Of a DNA stretch of 64,000 bases, positions 29,400-39,454 are shown one piece after another (within the stretch, counting starts at the first letter, position 1; each line of letters starts with the position of its first letter). Position numbers and translations under genes: made by a program. The notes beneath the pieces are model-generated. The model saw nothing but the letters and a program-made list of their open reading frames with translations, ran no database searches and was not told the origin of the DNA. The DNA comes from a bacterium (GTDB lineage: Bacteria; JAJVIF01; JAGGVT01), in contig JAGGVT010000096.1 of NCBI GenBank assembly GCA_021157815.1, forward strand, positions 9,335-73,334, given 5' to 3'.

Positions 29400-30377
29400 A
29401 TGGTTGTTCAACTGATTATAACGATTATTCTTGCAGCGGGAATATCATTCCTGGTAACTCCGCGACTGATTCACTTCTGCCACCAGAAGAAACTGCTGGC
29501 AACCCCAGATGGTCGCCGTAAGCATGAAAAACCGATTCCAAACCTGGGTGGCTTTTCTATATATATAGGATTCCTTTTTGCGCTCCTGGTAGCTTTCCCA
29601 TTTTTATCTGATTCCCTCAAACAATATCCCTCGTTTATATTCGGAATTCTCGGAACAGTAATCGCCGGCGGATTGTGTTTTATAATGGGGCTTTTTGATG
29701 ATCTCTTCGAGCTCAAAGCCGGCACAAAAATCCTTTTCCAGGCGGCGATTGCCGCATGCCTGGTTATCTTCGGAGTCAGAATCGGATTCATCAGCAGTCC
29801 CGGCGATGGCATGATATTTCTCCCGATGTGGATATCCGCGATAGTAACAATTTTCTGGGTTGTCGCCGTGATGAACGCTATCAACTTCAGCGATGGCCTG
29901 GATGGCCTTGCGAGCGGAATAAGCCTGATAGCCGGAATTGTTTTCCTTGTGATTGCATTATCGCGCACCGAACCTCTCAAAGCGGAGGTTCCGGCGTTTC
30001 TGTCCGCCGCGATGATTGGCGCGATTGTCGGATTTCTGCCGTTTAATTTCCCAAAAGCGCGCATTTTCCTCGGCGATTCGGGAAGCCAGCTGCTCGGGCT
30101 TCTCCTCGCGACAATCTCGATTCTCGGAGCGTTCAAAGGGCCCGTACTAATCGCGGTTGGAATTCCAATTCTCGTTCTCGGCATACCGCTTCTCGACACA
30201 TCCCTCGCGATTCTGCGAAGAAGCATCAAAGGCAAAAAGATATACGAACCCGATGATGAGCATCTCCATCACGCGCTTGTAAAAAAAGGATTCACCCCCA
30301 TCCAAACTGTTCTTATTCTTTGCGCGATAACCATTGTCCTTGGCGCTGTAGCGATTAGCGTATCGGGTTGCAATTAA
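29400..30377 (+). CDS. Glycosyltransferase family 4 (MraY/WecA/TagO-like) UDP-HexNAc:polyprenol-P HexNAc-1-P transferase
   Basis: DDLFELKAGTK, NAINFSDGLDGLASG, LGDSGSQLLG; polytopic membrane protein. Confidence 0.9.
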   Translation: MVVQLIITIILAAGISFLVTPRLIHFCHQKKLLATPDGRRKHEKPIPNLGGFSIYIGFLFALLVAFPFLSDSLKQYPSFIFGILGTVIAGGLCFIMGLFDDLFELKAGTKILFQAAIAACLVIFGVRIGFISSPGDGMIFLPMWISAIVTIFWVVAVMNAINFSDGLDGLASGISLIAGIVFLVIALSRTEPLKAEVPAFLSAAMIGAIVGFLPFNFPKARIFLGDSGSQLLGLLLATISILGAFKGPVLIAVGIPILVLGIPLLDTSLAILRRSIKGKKIYEPDDEHLHHALVKKGFTPIQTVLILCAITIVLGAVAISVSGCN

Positions 30378-30419
30378 ACGCTCAAACCAAACACCTGTAT
30401 TTCCTTAAAAATCTCTAAA

Positions 30420-30485
30420 GTCAACTAAGATTAGTCCGTTGATCTTATTTACCATTTTGTCAACTAAGATTAGTCCGCTGATCTT
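30420..30485. promoter_or_regulatory. Two direct 27-bp repeats (GTCAACTAAGATTAGTCCGYTGATCTT), each internally palindromic; candidate operator upstream of 30597
   Basis: Exact duplication 39 bp apart, about 110 bp upstream of the BNR lipoprotein start; aagat..atctt dyad inside each. Confidence 0.4.
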
Positions 30486-30596
30486 AATTGACATATCTCA
30501 CACAACCAAAACCACGATTAAACTATCCCAATAAATGATATATACTGTGGAGGATTACCTGACTTTTACCAATCTCGATTTCGAGTGTAATTGAAC

Positions 30597-33443
30597 ATGC
30601 ATAAAACATACACCATTCTTATCTGCCTTACATTGCTAATCATCCTGATCGGATGCTCTAAAGACGCATCGCCACTGGCTCCATCCATGACAAATGGCGT
30701 TTCGCCGGAATTCAATCCGCAACTGGCTGTCAGTGATTATGCCCCATCAGGAATCATCTCCGGCGGAATGAGCGCACTGGGACTGTATCAGGCTCACATA
30801 AACACTGACACTTTATCCGGAGAATTAATCCCTTTTAGAACATCCGCGTTAACCGATTCACTCGAAATCGTGGATATCACAAATTTCCTCACAATGGCTC
30901 CATGCGTTGACTGTGTCAAACTCGACTCAATCGGCCTCGATGCGAAAGGAAACATCTCACTAAGAATCGGGATAAAGCACCCATTCGACGCTCCCGATTT
31001 GGAGGGTGAAATATCCGGCGCAAATCGCGCCGACCTGCATATTTTCAACATCGAGGGCACAATAATCGGCGACAGCGGATTGCCGTTTGAATTCACCGAA
31101 CTCGGCGAAACAATCGACTCCTTCCGTCTTATCAACGCTGACGGCTACTCGAAATATCTCGACCAAACTCTGGAAACCGTATTCCCATCAACCGCGACAA
31201 TCCACCCGTATATCCTTCACTTCGATGACTACACCCTCGGCAATTTCGATCCCGCATCGGCAACCGGTTTTTCCGATGTCATCACACCAACCGGAAACCT
31301 TGTCATGGCGATGGGTGCGGATTACGATTTCAAAAACTATGTTTTTTCATACCCGTCAGGCGGCAATCTCGATTTTATCTTCGCGGTTGGATGCTCCTTT
31401 GGGGTAAGTGTCGAATCATGGGAAGGTCGTCTGGAACCGGAATACAGAATACCGCAGTTCAACAAAAAAGCCGCGAGTGAAATAGATGTCAGAGTAACCG
31501 ACTGGAGTTTCATCGCAGGCGATACCGAATCAACGGTATCAATCGAGGTCGATGTCATGGATATCAACCACGGTGTTGCTGTCGGCGAGGCTCTGGATGA
31601 AATGGCGCATGACAGTTCAGTTGCTCAAATCGCTCTGGACATCCCCGGATTCCTCCTTGAGCAATTTTCAGCCACCGACCCGGAACCGAAAAACACAATC
31701 GACCATGTCAGAACCGACCCGTACATATTTGAAATCACACTTACCAACACAGCCGGCGGAACTCAGGCGGCATATCCAGCGCTTCTAAAAGTAACAGACT
31801 CATATCCGCCGGCATCGAACACTCATCCTTATCTTACTGGAATGGATGGTCTTGCGCGCATTGAACCCGGCGCATCATCCACTTTCGACAGCCTTTTTGT
31901 AATTGATGAATTCGCGACATATCTCGCTTTCATACTCGCCGAACCCGGCGCAGAACCAACATGCCAAATCACAACCGACCCATCTCCGGCGGAAGTCGAA
32001 CAGGGAACCGCGATTGAATTTGACGCTTCCGGGTCAATCGATGACGGTATAATCGAAACCTACGAATGGGATTTCGACTATGACGATGTTACTTTCAATT
32101 CCGAAGCATCAGGCGCGGTTATAAGCAGATTTATCTGCGTTCCCGGAACTCACACTGTCGCAGTCAAACTCACAGATGATGAATTGGATTCAAGCATCTG
32201 CACCGTTGATGTCACAATCACCGCCGATGACGGCGCAATCGAGGGTTTCGCCGCGGATCAGAAAATCCTTGGCGCCACTTCACTGGAACCGTTTATCCTG
32301 AACACATCGAACCGCGCAATCGCCGCGTGGAAAAACAATCTCTACATCGTGATGAACAGCAACCTTCCAACAGACGCATCCGAAAATATCTTCTTCATGC
32401 GTTCAACGGATTTGGGAATCACATGGGAAACTCCCATTCAGCTGACATCATATCCAGCCGCTGATGAAGCATGGGCAAGGGAAGCAAATCTGGCTATTGG
32501 CAAAAACACAGGTGATATTTTCATCCAGTTCCAATCCGACTGGAAAAGCTACGACGCGACCGGCAATTACAAATACGACGTTTTCTTCACGATGAGTTCC
32601 GATGAGGGCGTAACATTTACCGGCCCGGTTCAGGTAAACGATGACTCTCCGGGAGCATCCGACCAGCTTGCGGGTTCAATCGCTGTCGATGATTCAACCT
32701 CGCCATCGATAATTTACATCGCTTATGAAAATCGCGAAGATGCGAACGATTTTAATATCTTCTCAGCGACAGCATTATCAAATGACACTTCAACATGGGC
32801 AATCACTCAAATCGACAATGACACCGTTTTGAAATCGATGCACCCCGCCATTTATGTCAATCCGACCGACAGTTCAGTCAATGTCGCATGGGTTGACCCT
32901 GTAAATCTTGGCGGCACAGGGCAAATTCTGTTCGACCGCTCAATCGATAACGCTGCAACCTGGGGCGATGACATCAGTATTTTCACCGTTTCATCAAACA
33001 ACGGCCCATTCGAAACCTGCCTCGCAATCGCGCCATCAAGCGGAATCCCGGGCGTTATCTGGCGCGATGTTGACACCGGCGACTCCACATGTTTCCACAG
33101 ATTCGCCATAGCCGAATCCGCAGACGGCGCCACATGGACAGCGCCTGTAAATCTCACCGATGGCGGAACGAAATACTGCTGGTCGGGAACTCTCGATGTT
33201 TCCTCCGATGGCCGATGGTTCGCCGTACTCGAGCAGGACATCACCCACGACACCGACTGGAAAGCCATGTTTACCGAATCATCCGACGGAATCACATGGA
33301 CAACTCCCGTTCAGGTCGATGATGAAAACAAGGTTTTCGGACTTTCAATGGTGTTGGATGACTGCAACACGGTGCATGTAATCTGGGGTGACGTCAGGGA
33401 AGACGGCGTAAACAACGAATTATTTTACGACTTCGGAAGTTAA
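30597..33443 (+). CDS. Surface lipoprotein family member: N-terminal family module, PKD-like domain, C-terminal BNR/Asp-box beta-propeller
   Basis: Lipobox ILIGCSKD. Motifs APCVDC, KHPFDAPD, NRADLHIFNI, IHPYILHFDDY, YRIPQFNKKAAS. YEWDFDYDDVTF (PKD). Asp-boxes STDLGITW, SSDEGVTF, SIDNAATW, SADGATW, SSDGITW. Confidence 0.9.
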   Translation: MHKTYTILICLTLLIILIGCSKDASPLAPSMTNGVSPEFNPQLAVSDYAPSGIISGGMSALGLYQAHINTDTLSGELIPFRTSALTDSLEIVDITNFLTMAPCVDCVKLDSIGLDAKGNISLRIGIKHPFDAPDLEGEISGANRADLHIFNIEGTIIGDSGLPFEFTELGETIDSFRLINADGYSKYLDQTLETVFPSTATIHPYILHFDDYTLGNFDPASATGFSDVITPTGNLVMAMGADYDFKNYVFSYPSGGNLDFIFAVGCSFGVSVESWEGRLEPEYRIPQFNKKAASEIDVRVTDWSFIAGDTESTVSIEVDVMDINHGVAVGEALDEMAHDSSVAQIALDIPGFLLEQFSATDPEPKNTIDHVRTDPYIFEITLTNTAGGTQAAYPALLKVTDSYPPASNTHPYLTGMDGLARIEPGASSTFDSLFVIDEFATYLAFILAEPGAEPTCQITTDPSPAEVEQGTAIEFDASGSIDDGIIETYEWDFDYDDVTFNSEASGAVISRFICVPGTHTVAVKLTDDELDSSICTVDVTITADDGAIEGFAADQKILGATSLEPFILNTSNRAIAAWKNNLYIVMNSNLPTDASENIFFMRSTDLGITWETPIQLTSYPAADEAWAREANLAIGKNTGDIFIQFQSDWKSYDATGNYKYDVFFTMSSDEGVTFTGPVQVNDDSPGASDQLAGSIAVDDSTSPSIIYIAYENREDANDFNIFSATALSNDTSTWAITQIDNDTVLKSMHPAIYVNPTDSSVNVAWVDPVNLGGTGQILFDRSIDNAATWGDDISIFTVSSNNGPFETCLAIAPSSGIPGVIWRDVDTGDSTCFHRFAIAESADGATWTAPVNLTDGGTKYCWSGTLDVSSDGRWFAVLEQDITHDTDWKAMFTESSDGITWTTPVQVDDENKVFGLSMVLDDCNTVHVIWGDVREDGVNNELFYDFGS

Positions 33444-33752
33444 CGAAAACAGCCTCGCCTAAGTCAGTTTCTTCAACAGCTCCTCACGGGTCAACATTGA
33501 TTTACCGATAAATAACTAGCACGGCTGGCACCACGGGTGTCCCTTTAATATACTATTGTATAACCTACGATTAAATTTGGTGCCGACTGCCAAAATGACC
33601 AAATTCTCACTTAACACACCAAAGATTCACAAGTCAATATTGATTTACCGGCTAATATTAAATATACTTTAATCTCTATTAATTGATGCAGTATCCTGAG
33701 GGTTCAACGGATCTATACTTTTCCACATTCGCTCAAACACGCGAGGTGACTT

Positions 33753-36569
33753 ATGAACCGCTTATCACTAATCTTCCCTGCCATTGCCTTAATCATGATT
33801 ATCGGATGTTCAAGCGGTGGAACTTCTCCTGTCGCACCCAATGAACAACTATCCAATACATTTACAAATGGAAATATCAATGCCGGTGTCAGCGAATACC
33901 TCCCGGATGGCAGCCCCGCCGGCGGTGTCAGCCTGCTGGGACTCTACAATGTCCATGTTGACACTGGAAACCTTTCCGGTGATATTGTTCCCGCGAGAAA
34001 CGGCTCGCTTGAGGATGTTCTTGAGGTGGTCGATATTAGCGGATTTCTGTCCGTCGCGCCATGTACCGACTGTGTCAAACTCCAGTCAATTTCATTAGAC
34101 AGCGATGGCAATATCGTCCTGAGCATCGGACTCAAACACCCGTTTATACCCGGCAATCCAGCGATGCCAATCACGGGGAAAAATCGCGCCGACCTGCATG
34201 TCTTCAATGTCGAAGGCGTAATTGCCTCCGATGGCGGAACCGCACCTATTGTCTTTTCATCCATCGGTGAAACAATCGGCAACTTTTTTTTAACCAACGC
34301 GGATGGCTACTCGCCGTATCTCGATGACATGCTCGACGACACCCTGAACACTGTCGCCACAATTCATCCGTATATCCTGCATTTCGACGATTACTCATCA
34401 GGCAATTTCTCCGCATCAAACCCGAACGGATTTCAAAGCGTAACAACCCCCGGCCCGAATGGCTGCCTTGTAATGGCGATGGGTTGTGATTACGATTTCA
34501 AAAATTACATTTTCGAATCAACAGGCGGCGCGGACATGGATTTCATCTACGCTGTCGAGTGCACGTACGCTGTATCCGCCGCGACCAGACACGACAGGTT
34601 CAATCCTGAATTCCGAATCCCGCAGCATAATAAAAAAGCCGCCAGCGAAGTTAAAATCGAAATCGCCGATAACGGTTTAATCGCCGGACTTGATACATCA
34701 ACCGCAACACTCCATGTAAAAGTTCTTGACTATAATCACGGAGTCGCGGTCGGGACAAACCTCGATGAAATGCTCGCGGATTCATCTGTTGGAAGCATTT
34801 CAATTGAAATCCCGCAGGTTACACTCACGCCTGTTATTGTAAATTCACCGGTTGAAATTAGCGGTGTCGGCAATGATCCCGCAGACCCGCTGACATACGA
34901 AATCGTTGTAACAAACACGGGCGCGGCGGATGAAGGCATCTACACCGGACTTGTGAAAGTGCTCGATTCCTATCCTCCCGGATTGAACACAAACGCGCTG
35001 CTGGACAACATGGACGGCATCGAACGAGTTGGGCCAACTGACAATCCTATCGAGGGCCTTTTCGACATTTCAGAATTCGCGGCATATCAATCATTTGGAA
35101 TCGAAGTTATCTCATCAATTCCAAACTGCGTGATTGTAACCGACCCCGACCCCGTGGATATCATTCAGGGAGACCCAATCCAATTCGACGGCAGCGGTTC
35201 ATCCGCGACCGGTTCCTCCACATTGGTTTCTTACGAATGGGATTACGATTATGACGGCATCACTTTCGACATTGACGACACAGGCGATATTGTGAATCCC
35301 TCTCTCTGCGAACCCGGAACAAGGGATGTCGCCTTGAGAGTTACGGATAACCTTACTGAATTCTCAATCTGCACCGTTCCAATCACTATCACAGATTCAT
35401 ACCCGACAACCGGATGGGGAACTGACACCCCGATTGCATCATCATTGCAGGGATTTGTTCTGAACACAGGGCAAAGAGCGATCCGCATTTACGGCGATGA
35501 CCTGTATGTTTCTTTCTACACTGTAACAAATCCAAGGAATGTTTATTTCGTTCGATCAGAAGATATGGGAGCAACGTGGGAAACTCCGGTTCAGGTTACC
35601 ACCTATACTGCTCCAAACGGTGAACGAACCGAGGGCTGCAATCTCTGGATCGATGGCAACACGGATGATATCTATATTGGTTACAAGAGTCAGGCACCCG
35701 ATATTACCTTTGACTGTTATGTAACAAGAAGCCAGGATCGAGGCGATTCATGGGCAACTCCAGCTAAAGTAAACCCGAATCCACCGGGAGGCAGCAACCA
35801 GCATCACGGTGGAATTGTCATCGATGACAGCGTTGACCCGTCGCGCATTTATATCTCATATTCCGACCAAATCGTTCTGAGCAATTACGACATCATCGTT
35901 GCGACAACGACAACTGATGACTGGCAGAACTGGACATATCACACTATCGATGATTCCGCTACTGACTCTCATCAACCAAGCATCTATATCAGCCCGGTTG
36001 ACCAGTCTGTTAATGTCGCATGGTCTGATCCAATTAACTATGGCGGCACTGGAAATATTCTGTTTGACCGCTCAACCGATAACGGCGCGACATGGGGAAC
36101 AGATGTCGTTGTTTTCACTCATACTGGAAATTACGGGCCTTATGAATCCGCACTGGTTATCCAGCCCCAAACAGGCATACCCGGAATTCTGTGCAGGTAC
36201 ATTGACGAATCTGTTCCATCATATGTTCATGGTTTTTTCAAAGCCAATGACGCTCAAGGATCATCATGGGCAGCTCCCGTTGAATTAGCGGAAAACCCAA
36301 CCGGATATACCTGGGCAGGCGCACTTGAGTGCACCGCCGATGGCCACTGGTTCGCTGTTTTAAAGGAAGCATTCCCCTCATATCAGATGCAATTCACTGA
36401 ATCATACGATGACGGCATAACATGGGAACCATTCACAAAGCTTGATGATGCAGTGGGGTATTATTCATTCAATCCTCAGATGGCGCTTGACAGGTGCGGC
36501 ACGGTGCATATTGTCTGGGCTGACCGTCGAACAGGCAGCTACCAGATAATGTACGATTCCGGATCGTAA
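33753..36569 (+). CDS. Surface lipoprotein family member, tandem paralog of 30597..33443 (PKD plus BNR propeller)
   Basis: Lipobox IIGCSSGG; APCTDC, KHPFIPGN, NRADLHVFNV, IHPYILHFDDY, FRIPQHNKKAAS; YEWDYDYDGITF; Asp-boxes SEDMGATW, SQDRGDSW, STDNGATW, SYDDGITW. Confidence 0.9.
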   Translation: MNRLSLIFPAIALIMIIGCSSGGTSPVAPNEQLSNTFTNGNINAGVSEYLPDGSPAGGVSLLGLYNVHVDTGNLSGDIVPARNGSLEDVLEVVDISGFLSVAPCTDCVKLQSISLDSDGNIVLSIGLKHPFIPGNPAMPITGKNRADLHVFNVEGVIASDGGTAPIVFSSIGETIGNFFLTNADGYSPYLDDMLDDTLNTVATIHPYILHFDDYSSGNFSASNPNGFQSVTTPGPNGCLVMAMGCDYDFKNYIFESTGGADMDFIYAVECTYAVSAATRHDRFNPEFRIPQHNKKAASEVKIEIADNGLIAGLDTSTATLHVKVLDYNHGVAVGTNLDEMLADSSVGSISIEIPQVTLTPVIVNSPVEISGVGNDPADPLTYEIVVTNTGAADEGIYTGLVKVLDSYPPGLNTNALLDNMDGIERVGPTDNPIEGLFDISEFAAYQSFGIEVISSIPNCVIVTDPDPVDIIQGDPIQFDGSGSSATGSSTLVSYEWDYDYDGITFDIDDTGDIVNPSLCEPGTRDVALRVTDNLTEFSICTVPITITDSYPTTGWGTDTPIASSLQGFVLNTGQRAIRIYGDDLYVSFYTVTNPRNVYFVRSEDMGATWETPVQVTTYTAPNGERTEGCNLWIDGNTDDIYIGYKSQAPDITFDCYVTRSQDRGDSWATPAKVNPNPPGGSNQHHGGIVIDDSVDPSRIYISYSDQIVLSNYDIIVATTTTDDWQNWTYHTIDDSATDSHQPSIYISPVDQSVNVAWSDPINYGGTGNILFDRSTDNGATWGTDVVVFTHTGNYGPYESALVIQPQTGIPGILCRYIDESVPSYVHGFFKANDAQGSSWAAPVELAENPTGYTWAGALECTADGHWFAVLKEAFPSYQMQFTESYDDGITWEPFTKLDDAVGYYSFNPQMALDRCGTVHIVWADRRTGSYQIMYDSGS

Positions 36570-36662
36570 CCCCCCCTTGGAAGCGCTGGATTCCAGCCGG
36601 CGCAGGAAGGCGTTCACGCCTTTTTCGTTGGCGCTTTTGCGCCAATGCGCCTGCTGGAAAAC

Positions 36663-36900
36663 GTAACCCGGTCATGCAGTCCCGTGCACACTTGACAATT
36701 TTCTATGATGTAAATCAGGCATGCCGGGGAGATGGCTATTTACAGCGGGACCCCGGCATGCCTGATTCATCTTATAGATAATTGTTTCTTTAGTTCGGGA
36801 CGGCATGACCGGGTTACGAGGAAAATAGGCTTTTTCGACAATCCCATCCTGCCTGTATCTTGAGATGTAACATGATGTCTAAATATATGCAGGCAGGATG
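36663..36900. repeat. Nested palindromes in a convergent intergenic region (candidate bidirectional terminator or structured RNA)
   Basis: Outer gtaacccggtcatgc / gcatgaccgggttac; inner 17-bp stem aatcaggcatgccgggg / ccccggcatgcctgatt; third catcctgcctg / caggcaggatg. Confidence 0.45.
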
Positions 36901-36948
36901 CCTGCAGCACAAAATTAAGTGCTATTCCATCTGCAAAATTAGGGCTTT

Positions 36949-38121
36949 TTAAGACTTGAATTGAATTTTGGTTCGGGAGATGTAAACTATGCCTTCGGGC
37001 AGGTCAAGACCGATTGCCTGTTCATGCAGTTGAATGGAAAGTTCTATCATTTCCTCGCGATTTTCAAGGTCCATCAGCCACCGCATGGGAATTGCCGGAG
37101 CGCCGTTGAGCGCTCCTGATAAGGAACCCGCCAACGCCGCGATTGAATCGGTATCACCGCCAGCGTTGACAGCTGTAAGAAGTGTTTCCTCAAAATTCGA
37201 TGGTGAATTAAGGAAACAGTATAAAGCGGCCGGGACGCTTTCGAGAACGTATTTGCCAGTGCCTATCTCCTCAAGGATTGCGTATCTATCATCCGTATCT
37301 TCAATGCTCTGCCCGCGACTGAAAACATTCTTTGAGCAGGGCTTGTCATAAACCTTGTGTTCAATCGGTTTGCGGGCAATGTATCTTTTCAACTGGGCAA
37401 TGCTGCCGACCATTTTCGGTGCGTGCTCACCGGCAAGTTTAATCAGATTGTCAATGAATTCGATCCTGTCGAAGAAGAATCTATCCTCCTTAAAAACAAG
37501 ATACTGCGCGAGAGCTATAACTTTCGCGCCCTGAATTGCCAAGGATTCAATATGGGTCGGCTTGGCGGAATTCTCAACATCCTGCATGAATTCAGAGATG
37601 TTATCGGTGTCATAATTAAGAAGTGTAAGGGGAGCGATACGAACCGCTGCACCGTTTGACGCTGAATATTCGCCGCTTTGATCCCAGGGAATTCCACGAT
37701 ACAGCTTTCTCGCCGCCAGCGAGATTGTTCTGCCAACACCGCGCGCAGGCTCAATACCCTCATCGCTGAGACGCATCCATTCACCAATACGATTACCAAA
37801 ATCCTCCGGGATAAATTTCCTGCAGTGAAGAAGTGATTTCACTAAAACCAGAGTGAGCTGGGTTTCATCAGTGAAAATACCCTTGCCCATCATCGTGAGC
37901 TGGTATCCTCGAACGGTGCCGAGAACGGTTTTGATTGTTTTACGGCTCCAGCCTTCAACAGGCGCGCCTAATGCATCGCCGACAGCAACGCCTAATATCG
38001 TGCCTATAAATCGATCCTGCAGAGATGGTTCTTTTGACATTCCCGAATCCGCTTGGGATGGTTCATACGAACCATAACCCATCGTTCCCTTGATTTCCTT
38101 CACATTCTGCGGATAATACAC
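36949..38121 (-). CDS. ADP-ribosylglycohydrolase family protein (DraG/ARH-like)
   Basis: RFIGTILGVAVGDALGAPVEGWS, GIFTDETQLTL, C-terminal GGDTDSIAALAGSLSGA; start may be an internal Met. Confidence 0.85.
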   Translation of the reverse strand: MYYPQNVKEIKGTMGYGSYEPSQADSGMSKEPSLQDRFIGTILGVAVGDALGAPVEGWSRKTIKTVLGTVRGYQLTMMGKGIFTDETQLTLVLVKSLLHCRKFIPEDFGNRIGEWMRLSDEGIEPARGVGRTISLAARKLYRGIPWDQSGEYSASNGAAVRIAPLTLLNYDTDNISEFMQDVENSAKPTHIESLAIQGAKVIALAQYLVFKEDRFFFDRIEFIDNLIKLAGEHAPKMVGSIAQLKRYIARKPIEHKVYDKPCSKNVFSRGQSIEDTDDRYAILEEIGTGKYVLESVPAALYCFLNSPSNFEETLLTAVNAGGDTDSIAALAGSLSGALNGAPAIPMRWLMDLENREEMIELSIQLHEQAIGLDLPEGIVYISRTKIQFKS

Positions 38122-38339
38122 CGCAAATCAGAATATTGAGTCTCAGATGTAACAGTACTCCACTCATGCGTCCGATTTTCGTTAACCAAGTCAGACACCA
38201 AGCTTAATTATACTATGTTTTTCGCATGATGGACTCTGCCATGCACTGAATTTCCTTAAAATATCGGTTTCGCATTAATCATTATTAACGCGATTTAGCA
38301 ATCTCAAATCCAAATTATTATAAAGCACGCATAAGTTGG

Positions 38340-39272
38340 CTAATCGCGTACATATTTTATATCGTCAACGGACATCAAAACCTTTCCCGGCAATGTGAGA
38401 ACATCAGGATAAACCGATGATCCCAGAAGTGGAATCGGGGTTTTCAATTCAGGGAAATCCTCATCGACAAACTCCCTCTCAAGGAGGTTTAATCCCTCGT
38501 ATGGAAACCGGTGCGCGAAATGGTAAGTGTAATCAGGGCGCGTTTTGTATATTGAATACCAGAATCCCGCTTTCAGGTCAACGCCAAGTTCGAAAAACCC
38601 ACCGTGCTGATCGTCATCACCGCTGTATTTAGGCCGATAATACTCCCTTAAAATCCTGAAATGGTTTCCGAGTAACTCCTCAGTGCTTTTTGGAAGCTTT
38701 CCGGTTTTTTCATCGAGATGAATATTTTTCAGCGTCCCAAACAAACTCGCCATCGACTTCGCGAATCTGTACGGCTCCTTTTCCGAATACGATTTAGTGC
38801 TGCTCTTTTTCAACTGCTCGAGTTTTGATTGGTCAACCACATCCGGGAATTCATAATATTCCCATCCCATTGAACGAGTGGTCTCGAAAATGCCCTTGAA
38901 AAAGCCGGCTTTGGGAGAATTATAGACATAGCACATCTCGCCGGCATATTTGTATTCACCCTCGCGAATATCCCTGATGAATCTAACCGGGTTTCCAGTC
39001 AGTGGATTAATTGGCCAGACAACGATTAATCCCGATTTTACCAACAGTCGTGCGGATGCCGGATATTCGCCATAAATACAGCAGTATCTGAAAAGCGCAT
39101 GCGAGAAATAATTCATGTAACCCTCAATTCGAACCTGCTCCACACGGGTAAGTTCTCTGGGTTCACTGGGGTTACGGGCAATTCTGCGCTTTGAGGCATC
39201 CGCTGAATCGGGAGCTACACAAAGGAGAATCAGAAAAGCAAGCGTTAATATAAATGGCAGTTTGGATTTCAT
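38340..39272 (-). CDS. hypothetical secreted protein, paralog of 15402..16382
   Basis: Signal peptide ending VAPDSADA; shared motif SGLIVVWPINPLTGNPV. Confidence 0.7.
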   Translation of the reverse strand: MKSKLPFILTLAFLILLCVAPDSADASKRRIARNPSEPRELTRVEQVRIEGYMNYFSHALFRYCCIYGEYPASARLLVKSGLIVVWPINPLTGNPVRFIRDIREGEYKYAGEMCYVYNSPKAGFFKGIFETTRSMGWEYYEFPDVVDQSKLEQLKKSSTKSYSEKEPYRFAKSMASLFGTLKNIHLDEKTGKLPKSTEELLGNHFRILREYYRPKYSGDDDQHGGFFELGVDLKAGFWYSIYKTRPDYTYHFAHRFPYEGLNLLEREFVDEDFPELKTPIPLLGSSVYPDVLTLPGKVLMSVDDIKYVRD

Positions 39273-39454
39273 TTTCTTATGCGACGATTAAGGGATTCCG
39301 ACCATTCACCTGCGGTGAATGTCGGAATGACATCTATCTGTTCTTTGATTTATAAGACGAACTCGTCAGTAATATATTACAACACCACGGGATGATATGT
39401 ATAAAAAAACTCCCGCCTGGGCGGGAGTCAGTATTAGTATTCATGGTTCATATA

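Noticed and set aside
29088-29411. ORFs 29088..29411(-), 29097..29303(+) and 29110..29295(+) from the six-frame track
   Set aside because: They lie wholly inside the MITE-like element with G-run low-complexity translation, with no RBS or conservation logic.
31441-34640. Y/FRIP tetrapeptide in the two BNR paralogs as the sialidase catalytic signature
   Set aside because: The motif lies in the shared N-terminal family module, more than 300 aa and one PKD domain upstream of the Asp-boxes. Members without BNR propellers have the equivalent segment as EFNRK/FIPEFNRK. It is therefore not evidence for GH33 catalysis.
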